A stretch of DNA of 24,772 nucleotides from an uncultured Deferribacteres bacterium. GTDB lineage: Bacteria; Zhuqueibacterota; Zhuqueibacteria; Zhuqueibacterales; Geothermadaptataceae. Made by a program: the position numbers and the translations under genes. The stretch spans positions 1-24,772 of the forward strand of contig CAXHAT010000118.1 in the NCBI GenBank assembly GCA_964014485.1. The letters run 5' to 3'. This document shows, piece by piece, positions 1 to 6,995 of this stretch. A model generated the notes under the pieces. It ran no database searches. It was not told the DNA's origin and was given only the letters and a program-made list of their open reading frames with translations. Positions within the stretch are counted from its first letter, which is position 1, and each line of letters begins with the position of its first letter.

Positions 1-2
1 AT

Positions 3-245
3 TGCTGGACGCGAAAAGAAGCGTTCATCAAAGCGATTGGGCGAGGGCTTTCATTGCCGTTGAGTCAGTTCGAAGTCTCTCTCATTCCAGAAAAATCGGC
101 GCAACTGTTGGCGACGCATTTTGACGAGCGCGAGTATTCAGAATGGACTTGTTTGCACTTGGAGCCGGGCGGCAGATATGTGGGGGCTGCGATGTGGCGA
201 GGCAAAAAACCGAAAGTCAGAACCTTCGTATGGACTTCTGAGTAA
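3..245 (+). CDS. 4'-phosphopantetheinyl transferase, Sfp/AcpS superfamily (5'-truncated by window edge)
   Basis: Frame 3 reads CWTRKEAFIKAIGRGLSLPLSQFEVSL..., the WTxKEAxxKAxGxGL signature of Sfp-type PPTases. It is open from the window edge to TAA at 243-245. Confidence 0.88.
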   Translation, partial: CWTRKEAFIKAIGRGLSLPLSQFEVSLIPEKSAQLLATHFDEREYSEWTCLHLEPGGRYVGAAMWRGKKPKVRTFVWTSE

Positions 246-297
246 CGCTTTTTCGGAATGCGGCGATTCATCTTCGCCAGTGACGACAAACCGCACG

Positions 298-322
298 CAA
301 ACGCTGAAGCGTTTGACTCCGG
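298..322 (-). repeat. REP-like hairpin element (CCGGAGT-stem-TC-stem)
   Basis: Minus strand reads CCGGAGT CAAACGCT TC AGCGTTTG, with arms at 298-305 and 308-315. It lies between convergent genes and has the same layout as 24717-24739. Confidence 0.5.
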
Positions 323-387
323 AGTTGCTTCTTGATCAAGACCGCACCGCAAGTGTGGTTGGTAAGCTAAATGGCTGAGACCCAAGT

Positions 388-1122
388 TTATTTGATCAAG
401 CCGAATAAGCTTTGAAATTTAAGCCGCCAGACCATCCACGCCGCTTCAAACATCACTTTGCGCGACATTTTGCTGCTGCCGCTTTCTCTATCGATGAAGA
501 TGATCGGTAGTTCTTTAATGCGAAATTCCTTTTTCCACGCAAGAAAATGAAGCTCAATTTGGAAAGAATAGCCGTCGCTTCGAATTTTGTCGAGATCAAT
601 AGATTCCAATACTCGCCGCCGGAAACATTTGAAGCCACTGGTGCAATCTTTCAGCGGCATCCCGGTGATTTTTCGCGTGTACCAGTTTGCAAACGTGCTC
701 AAAATCAACCGCGACATCGGCCAATTTACAACATTGACGCCTTTAATATAGCGCGATCCGACAACCAAATCATAATCGCCGATTTCAGCGAGGATTCGGG
801 AGATGTCACGCGGATTGTGCGAAAGATCAGCATCCATTTCAAAAATCAAGTCGAACTTGTTTTCAATTGCAAAACGAAATCCTTCCACGTATGCTGTGCC
901 TAATCCCAATTTTCCGCTGCGCTGCATAAGATGAACGCGCTTTTCCTTTTCCTGAAATTCTCGCACAGCGTCCGCAGTGCCGTCCGGTGAATTGTCGTCC
1001 ACGATGAGGACTTCAAGATTTTGCACTTCGAGAGCAAAAATGCGTTTCAAAATACGCCCGACGTTGCTGATTTCGTTGTAAGTCGGAATAACGATGAGTT
1101 TTCTTTGCGAGCTTATGTCCAT
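388..1122 (-). CDS. Polyprenol monophosphomannose synthase (DPM1-like GT2)
   Basis: Motifs IPTYNE, VDDNSPDGT, GKLGLGTAY, EMDADLSH, GSRY, DCTSGFK, GYSFQIE, PIIFIDRESGSSKM. Confidence 0.92.
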   Translation of the reverse strand: MDISSQRKLIVIPTYNEISNVGRILKRIFALEVQNLEVLIVDDNSPDGTADAVREFQEKEKRVHLMQRSGKLGLGTAYVEGFRFAIENKFDLIFEMDADLSHNPRDISRILAEIGDYDLVVGSRYIKGVNVVNWPMSRLILSTFANWYTRKITGMPLKDCTSGFKCFRRRVLESIDLDKIRSDGYSFQIELHFLAWKKEFRIKELPIIFIDRESGSSKMSRKVMFEAAWMVWRLKFQSLFGLIK

Positions 1123-1129
1123 AAGTTTT

Positions 1130-2053
1130 CTAACTTCCTCCCAACAGGGCGTTGCCGTATTTCGCCTTAAATTTCAAGAGCCCTTCTTCCGTCGAAGACA
1201 TTATTTTACCAAATTCACTTTCGAATTTCTCTGTCACAAATCCCGACTTTAACGGCCTCGGCGCGGCCTGCTGAAATTCAGACGTTTTGACTGGGGATAT
1301 CAGCGACGCGTCCAAATCAAAAACCTTGGCGAGCATTTGCGTAAATGTATACCGGTCGAAAACATCTCTGCCCGAAACGTGATAGACGCCCGAAGCGTCA
1401 TTCTCAGCAAGTACACGCAAAGCCTGCGCAAGTTCATCGGCAAGCGTCGGATTGCTGAATTGATCGTCAACGATACGAATCGCTTGTCCGTTTCGCAATT
1501 GCTTCACCGCCCAAGTCACAAAATTATCTGGCGCAGTTGGTGAATATCCATACAAAACAATGGTGCGTGCAATCACAAAATCAGCGCCGGATGAGTGCAA
1601 AAGATTTTCGCCCGCCAATTTGGATTTGGCGTAATACCCCAAAGGGTTTGGACGATCCGTCTCCCGGTAGGGCCCGTTCTTGCCGTCAAAGACGTAGTCC
1701 GTTGAGACATGGATCATTTTTGCGTGGATCAATTTAGCCGCATAAGCCAAGTATGAAACGCCTTCCGCATTGACCTTCCAACAGACCTCACGTTCGCTCT
1801 CGCTTCGATCTACGTTCGTATAAGCGGCGGCATTAAAAATGTAGTTTGGTTGGAGCGATTTAACAATTTCGACAATCCGCTTTTTGTCGGTCAAGTCGCC
1901 TTCAAAGTATTCAACGCCGGGGCATTCAGCGTCTTTTGCACGAAATAGATCCAATCCGTAAACGTCATAAGCGTCTTTTAGAAGTGAAACCAAATTTGTG
2001 CCGAGAAGCCCGTTGGAGCCGACAACCAGCGCGCGAGGTTTAAGCAATTGCAT
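1130..2053 (-). CDS. rfbD: dTDP-4-dehydrorhamnose reductase (RmlD/RfbD family)
   Basis: GSNGLLG Rossmann motif, NAAAYTNVD, HVSTDYVFDG, YAKSK (YxxxK), DQFSNPT, APRP. Overlaps the upstream pfkB-like gene by 14 nt. Confidence 0.88.
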   Translation of the reverse strand: MQLLKPRALVVGSNGLLGTNLVSLLKDAYDVYGLDLFRAKDAECPGVEYFEGDLTDKKRIVEIVKSLQPNYIFNAAAYTNVDRSESEREVCWKVNAEGVSYLAYAAKLIHAKMIHVSTDYVFDGKNGPYRETDRPNPLGYYAKSKLAGENLLHSSGADFVIARTIVLYGYSPTAPDNFVTWAVKQLRNGQAIRIVDDQFSNPTLADELAQALRVLAENDASGVYHVSGRDVFDRYTFTQMLAKVFDLDASLISPVKTSEFQQAAPRPLKSGFVTEKFESEFGKIMSSTEEGLLKFKAKYGNALLGGS

Positions 2054-2978
2054 TGTTTTCAGCCATCCTGTTGAATTTTTCTTTCGTTATCGAACCCATC
2101 GTTGTCGCATTCAAACCTGCTATTTTGTTCGCAAATGCAACTGCATCAAAAAAAACGGGACTCTGTAAAAAACTGACGACAAAAGCCGCACCGAACGCAT
2201 CGCCGCAGCCGATGACGTCTTGCACGGATGATTTGTCTACCGTCGGGCCAAAGTGTTTGATCTGGCTTTTCTCATCATCGAATCGCATTCCTGCCAAAAC
2301 GCCGCGTTCTCCGAGCGTAATATTTATACCGCGCACATTCGTTTCTTCCAGAATGCGTTTTATAAATTGCTGATAGTCAAGATTTGACGGCTCACTCTCC
2401 CCCATCAAAAGCCCGGCTTCCGTCTCGTTGAGTTGAATGAAGTCAGCTTGAGCGAACCAATCTTGCCAATCCGAAAGTTCCCGCAAGAAACGTTTGCCGT
2501 TTTTGTCTATTCCCAGCATTCTTGAATGTAAATCGAGATAAACCATCGCGCTTGAACACTGTCGAAACTTCTTAAGAGCATGAAGTTCCAGGTCGTCTCC
2601 GCTTATTAAATTGACGAGAAGCGCATCCGATTCAATCCCCGTCTCAAGCTCGTCGAATAAGATTGGGCGCATCGTTTTAGTCGTCACTTCGTCACGTTCC
2701 GTCTTCGAAAGATACGTCAGGAGAACTTGCGTGTTTTCTTGCGGATCCGGGATCAATGCGTCTAAACGAATTGCTGGAAACACGCTCAGACTACCAGTCA
2801 ATTCTCGCCAGAAGTCTTTTCCAACGCAAGCAATCGGATAAATCGTGCTGTTTTCTCCGGCCAACAGAGCCGCGAAGGCGACGCTGTGGTACAACCCGCC
2901 AATGCATTCAAATTCAGATCCGTTCAGCGGAATAATCCTGTCCCGAATAAACGAGCCCGCGATGGCAATGCGACTCAT
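2040..2978 (-). CDS. PfkB/ribokinase-family carbohydrate kinase
   Basis: Motifs QLNETEA, ITLGERG and DVIGCGDAFGAAF (PfkB signature 2). Start set at ATG 2978 (MSRIAIAG), which is preceded by a GGAGA RBS, rather than the ORF-track start at 3044. Confidence 0.82.
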   Translation of the reverse strand: MSRIAIAGSFIRDRIIPLNGSEFECIGGLYHSVAFAALLAGENSTIYPIACVGKDFWRELTGSLSVFPAIRLDALIPDPQENTQVLLTYLSKTERDEVTTKTMRPILFDELETGIESDALLVNLISGDDLELHALKKFRQCSSAMVYLDLHSRMLGIDKNGKRFLRELSDWQDWFAQADFIQLNETEAGLLMGESEPSNLDYQQFIKRILEETNVRGINITLGERGVLAGMRFDDEKSQIKHFGPTVDKSSVQDVIGCGDAFGAAFVVSFLQSPVFFDAVAFANKIAGLNATTMGSITKEKFNRMAENNAIA

Positions 2979-3014
2979 CGGGTATTCTCCTGAGAAGCGC
3001 CAGCCGTAACAAAT

Positions 3015-3036
3015 ACGCCCGACACAGGCCGGGCGT
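3015..3036 (-). terminator. GC-rich hairpin downstream of purE, possible intrinsic terminator or RNA stabiliser
   Basis: Minus strand ACGCCCGGC-CTGT-GTCGGGCGT (one G-U pair) followed by ATTTGTT, a weak U-tract. Confidence 0.4.
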
Positions 3037-3102
3037 GAAAACAAGAGAATTTTGCTTGGAAATCAGGTGCGTTGGAAGGCTCGTTCACGAAGATGCTCAA
3101 AT

Positions 3103-3561
3103 TTAAAGTTTGCTGCCCATTTTCTTGAACTCGACGAGCTTATTGTGGATTTCTTCAGAGTTGAGCGCAAGAATTTGAGCACAGAAAATCGCGGCGTTTG
3201 CAGCTCCAGCCTTGCCAATCGCCATGGTCGCGACCGGTACGCCCGCAGGCATTTGGACGGTGGAATAGAGCGCATCGACCCCATTCAGGGCGGAGCCGTC
3301 AAGCGGTACGCCGATGATTGGCAAAGTTGAGTGTGCAGCCAGCGCACCGGCCAAGTGAGCGGCCATGCCCGCGCCGCCAATTAGTGCGGAATAACCGTTT
3401 TTTCTCGCGTTGCGTGCAAATTCCGCCGTTTTCTCCGGCGTGCGGTGTGCAGACATCACGTGCGTTTCATGTTCAATTCCAAAATAATCCAGGTGTTTTT
3501 GAGCACTCTCCACTTTTGGCAAGTCGCTCGTACTGCCTAAAATAATTGCAACCTTTGGCAT
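3103..3561 (-). CDS. purE: N5-CAIR mutase / AIR carboxylase catalytic subunit PurE
   Basis: Motifs IILGSTSD, SAHRTP, GAGMAAHLAG, IGVP, STVQMPAGVPVAT, GAANAA. ATG at 3561 follows GGAGG; the ORF-track TTG start at 3582 overlaps that RBS. Confidence 0.96.
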   Translation of the reverse strand: MPKVAIILGSTSDLPKVESAQKHLDYFGIEHETHVMSAHRTPEKTAEFARNARKNGYSALIGGAGMAAHLAGALAAHSTLPIIGVPLDGSALNGVDALYSTVQMPAGVPVATMAIGKAGAANAAIFCAQILALNSEEIHNKLVEFKKMGSKL

Positions 3562-3602
3562 GATGAGTTCAAATTCCTCCAATCGTTTTTTGAATGTTGA
3601 TA

Positions 3603-3630
3603 GTAGGGGTTCAAGATTTTGAACCCCTAC
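3603..3630. repeat. 28-bp GTAG...CTAC palindrome (REP-like)
   Basis: GTAGGGGTTCAA-GATT-TTGAACCCCTAC: perfect 12-bp arms, intergenic. Confidence 0.65.
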
Positions 3631-3689
3631 ATATTGTATTCCCTAGATCCAGAGACATGTTTTGGGACAGCCCCTGAAATAAAGAGAAA

Positions 3690-4721
3690 TCAAGATGTAG
3701 GTTCTTCACGGATCAGGTCGGCTTCGGTGCGGAAAGTCCGAGCCATAACTTCAAGTTGACGAATGTACGGCTCTTTCTCCATCCCGGGAGCAAAAACCGC
3801 CATGTCTACGGTATAAATTCGCTTAGTATCCTCATCGTAGAAGGTAAAGGATCGAAACGGCCCCCCGGCGATCTTCTTGTTGTTTTCCCAAAGCCCTTGC
3901 AACATGAGCGCACGTCTTCCGGCGAATTCAACCTCAGCGCTTGTCAAATATTTGTCCACGACACTGTCGCCTTCATAGAACTTTTTGCCGATGTATGTTC
4001 GTTGCTCTATGACCCATTCTTCTGTAATGTCGGCGCTTGACTCTGCATCGATCCAGCGCACAAAAAGCCAGCGTTCCGGCGAGGTGCGGCGCAGCATAAT
4101 AAAATTGAAATCAGGTTCGTCTCGATAAAGAAAAAAATCGTGCGGCACTCGAACGCGCCAGCGGTAACTATCGAATAATTGCTCGCCAAGCTCATCTTTT
4201 TCATAGCTCGAGTACAATTGCTCATGCATTCGCTTAAAGACATTGTCCTTAAGAACCGAATAAATGTAATCGCCGTTTTCGGCAATTTGTTGACGCAGCC
4301 CCGCCGAGTCATTCGCCGCCATCACCAGAAGAAGCTGGTTCTCAGCCCATGGATCTTCTTTCCGAAAAAGAAAGCTTTCGCCTTTTTCAACCTGCTGGAT
4401 AATTTGCGGCGTCAGCATCGCGCGCACTTGCCCGGAAGTTCTATCCGAACTTCCAAGAAGACCGGCCATAATAATGTTGGGGCGAATGGCGGCTTTGTTA
4501 AGTTCGTCGGGGGAAAGGTAAGTTAGTTTAAAAGCGGGCTCCGGTTGGGGCGTGTAGATCGTTCTCGCGAGGGCTGAATTGAGCGCAGGCTCAAGCTTCT
4601 CAAATAGCTTTTGTTCGGCGACAATCGACACCTCAATTTCGTCGCCAATGGCTTCCGGCTTTCGGTCGCAAGCGGAGAGTAAAAGCAACGATAGCAAAAA
4701 AATTACAGGTTTTAACTTCAT
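3690..4721 (-). CDS. DUF4837-like lipoprotein
   Basis: Lipobox LLLSAC. C-terminal GLWE...GGPF...VFAPG.EK..YIRQLE resembles DUF4837. AAGGAG RBS upstream. Confidence 0.7.
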   Translation of the reverse strand: MKLKPVIFLLSLLLLSACDRKPEAIGDEIEVSIVAEQKLFEKLEPALNSALARTIYTPQPEPAFKLTYLSPDELNKAAIRPNIIMAGLLGSSDRTSGQVRAMLTPQIIQQVEKGESFLFRKEDPWAENQLLLVMAANDSAGLRQQIAENGDYIYSVLKDNVFKRMHEQLYSSYEKDELGEQLFDSYRWRVRVPHDFFLYRDEPDFNFIMLRRTSPERWLFVRWIDAESSADITEEWVIEQRTYIGKKFYEGDSVVDKYLTSAEVEFAGRRALMLQGLWENNKKIAGGPFRSFTFYDEDTKRIYTVDMAVFAPGMEKEPYIRQLEVMARTFRTEADLIREEPTS

Positions 4722-4789
4722 TTTATACTCCTTAAAGAAACCAATACTGCTCTTATAGAATTAACAGGTCTAAAGAACGTTTCATTTCT

Positions 4790-5761
4790 TTAAGCTTCTT
4801 TTTTCCATACGGTTAGCAAAGTCGAACTTTTAGGGCTCGCCAACGATCCGCTGAACGCTCCGACCGTCAAAGAAAGTCCGGCGACCAATCCGGCGCGGGC
4901 ATACAAAAACGGACTCAACACCGGAGAAATATTCTTTCGCGTTTTGATCAATGTTTCGCTCATTAAAGCATTAAACATCGCGTCCAGCGGCAGAGAGAGC
5001 TTTTTTACGAGCGAAAACTTATGCATTTCGCACAATGAACGCAAAGCTTTCAGATTGAAGTGCAACAGGTGACGCGGCGTATCGAGTGCGATCCAGTTGC
5101 GTCCATAAATCGCGGCGTCAAGGCTCGCAGCGTTTGGTACGGCAACAACTAAAAACCCGCCCGGTTTCAAAAAATCCCGGATTTTCATAACCGCTTTGTG
5201 CGGATCGTACAAATGCTCCAAAACGTGCCACATTGTGATGACCTCAAACGACCCCGGGACGGCGGGAACGGCGTCAATCTCCCCGGAAACAACTCGGAGA
5301 CCGTGCTTTTGAATCGCAAAGCTCGCCGCTTTCATGTCACGCTCCACCCCTCGCGCTTCCCAACCGGCGTCTTGCATCTCGACCAGGAATTCGCCCGTAC
5401 CGCATCCAACATCCAGAATTCGCCCTCTTGAAGAAGCAATTTTTTCAATTTTACGTCGTTTCCAGCGATTATTTTTGTCCCGCAAACTCTCGTACAGTTT
5501 ATCATACAAACTCGTTTCCCTTTTGGTCGAAAGGAACGGATCGTATTCTTCAGACTCATAAAAGCGTCCGCTCTCTGATTCAAGCGGACGCGGGTTCAAA
5601 TAGACCAGCGAGCATCGACGGCACTTCACCAAAGAAAACGCTTCTCCAGCTTCGATATTGAATCTATCCGGCGCTGACAAATGCGGTTCGCTGTCTTTTT
5701 GGTGGCAAACCGGGCAAGCCGTTGTCTCAAATGCGTCAGTTTTGATCGTCGATTGGTGCAA
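4790..5761 (-). CDS. Class I SAM-dependent methyltransferase with N-terminal CxxC...CxxC Zn ribbon
   Basis: Motifs CPVC...CRRC, LNPRP, ILDVGCGTG, ITMWHVLEH, LKPGG, VPN, PRHL.HF. TTG start overlaps the GT2 3' end, so the exact start is uncertain. Confidence 0.85.
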   Translation of the reverse strand: MHQSTIKTDAFETTACPVCHQKDSEPHLSAPDRFNIEAGEAFSLVKCRRCSLVYLNPRPLESESGRFYESEEYDPFLSTKRETSLYDKLYESLRDKNNRWKRRKIEKIASSRGRILDVGCGTGEFLVEMQDAGWEARGVERDMKAASFAIQKHGLRVVSGEIDAVPAVPGSFEVITMWHVLEHLYDPHKAVMKIRDFLKPGGFLVVAVPNAASLDAAIYGRNWIALDTPRHLLHFNLKALRSLCEMHKFSLVKKLSLPLDAMFNALMSETLIKTRKNISPVLSPFLYARAGLVAGLSLTVGAFSGSLASPKSSTLLTVWKKEA

Positions 5762-6890
5762 TGTTCAAGCTCTCAAAAGTTTTTTTGCCAAAGACAAAAT
5801 ATTGCAGCACAATACTGCCGCGATACATTTTTTTCATCAGAGTCTTGTCGGAAATCTTCCGGAATCGCGCCACACGTTTTCGTTCAACGAGAATATGCTT
5901 CGTTAACTTGAACGACGCGAAAAACGCGCTGAAAATTGCGCCAACCTGTCGAAAATTCCCTTTCATTAAAGCAAAACCCAGCGCCATGCATTCAAAGACC
6001 ACGCGCACGGGCATGATCCAGAGTAAAGTGAAAATTTGATAATTTTTCAACAGCATAATCAAATTATTGCGGTGATTCAAAAAAACTTTTCTCGGGGAAT
6101 CGGGTTTGAGGGTTGATCCTGCGTTGTGAAAAACGGTCGCCGCTGGTTGCGCTTTGATTTCGTAGCCGGCAAGGTGCAGACGCCAGTCAAGATCGATTTC
6201 TTCCATGTGTGCAAAAAAAGTCTCATCAAGAAAACCGACTTGCTCAACGGCGCTCTTTCGAAGCAAAGTGCAAGTTCCGCTTGCCCAAAAAATCTCACAA
6301 CCTTCATCAAATTGCCCCAAATCTTCTTCGGCTGTGAAAAACATGCGTCCGCGCGCGAACGGGAATCCCCAGACGTCCAACATTCCCCCAGCGGCGCCAG
6401 CGTAGTCAAAATAACCGTGATTGACCAGCGAGCGAATCTTCGGCTGCACCGCCGCGACGTTTTCATCCGCTTCAACGACTTCAACCATCGCTTCAAGCCA
6501 GCCCGGCGTGACAACGGCGTCGTTATTCAAAAGAACGACGTACTTCCCCCGCGCCGCTTTCATCCCGAAATTGCAGCCGCCGGCAAATCCGAGATTCTCT
6601 TCAGATTGTAACCAGCGAATTTCGGGAAATTTTCCCTTGGCAATTTCGCCGCTGCCGTCAGTCGATGCATTGTCGACAAGAATGATTTCGGAAGTAACTT
6701 CTGGATTAGGAAAGTCAGTATAGGACGCGCTACTCTCAGAAGCGTCATTCCCGCGCAGGCGGGAATCCAGTCCTATATTTTGCCCCCCCCGATTCTGAGA
6801 TGAAACAACGACGGACTCAAGACACCGCAAAAGAATCTCAAGCCCGTTATAGTGTGGAATAATGATGCTGACCAGTGGCGTCTCGTCCAT
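5736..6890 (-). CDS. Glycosyltransferase family 2 (rhamnosyltransferase-like) with ~30-aa in-frame insertion
   Basis: Motifs VSIIIPHYN, ILVDNASTDGS, NLGFAGGCN, LLNND, WASG, FFAHMEEIDL, RNNL. Alternative GTG start at 6896. Confidence 0.9.
   Translation of the reverse strand: MDETPLVSIIIPHYNGLEILLRCLESVVVSSQNRGGQNIGLDSRLRGNDASESSASYTDFPNPEVTSEIILVDNASTDGSGEIAKGKFPEIRWLQSEENLGFAGGCNFGMKAARGKYVVLLNNDAVVTPGWLEAMVEVVEADENVAAVQPKIRSLVNHGYFDYAGAAGGMLDVWGFPFARGRMFFTAEEDLGQFDEGCEIFWASGTCTLLRKSAVEQVGFLDETFFAHMEEIDLDWRLHLAGYEIKAQPAATVFHNAGSTLKPDSPRKVFLNHRNNLIMLLKNYQIFTLLWIMPVRVVFECMALGFALMKGNFRQVGAIFSAFFASFKLTKHILVERKRVARFRKISDKTLMKKMYRGSIVLQYFVFGKKTFESLNIAPIDDQN
6734..6800. repeat. Intragenic palindromic element (GTCATTCCCGCGCAGGCGGGAATCCAG core) inside 8-bp inverted repeats
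   Basis: Core at 6744-6770 has stem ATTCCCGC/GCGGGAAT. Flanks are TCTCAGAA (6734-6741) and TTCTGAGA (6793-6800). It is translated as LDSRLRGND in the GT2 frame. Confidence 0.7.
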
Positions 6891-6955
6891 TCTCACTTTT
6901 GTGCTTATATTTTATACTGTTTCACTACTCGCATCTGAGATGATTCACGATGTTG

Positions 6956-6983
6956 GTAGAGACGCGATGCATCGCGTCTCTAC
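6956..6983. repeat. 28-bp perfect palindrome GTAG...CTAC (REP-like)
   Basis: GTAGAGACGCGATG|CATCGCGTCTCTAC, 12 nt past the S9 peptidase stop codon. Confidence 0.7.
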
Positions 6984-6995
6984 GCGTTGATGATC

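Noticed and set aside
65..385. 106-aa minus-strand ORF and 85-aa plus-strand ORF spanning the PPTase end
   Set aside because: They overlap the motif-supported PPTase frame and an intergenic hairpin element, and have no protein features.
6794..6943. 10-bp direct repeat TCTGAGATGA at 6794-6803 and 6934-6943
   Set aside because: It does not bracket the insertion as a target-site duplication would, and is plausibly chance.
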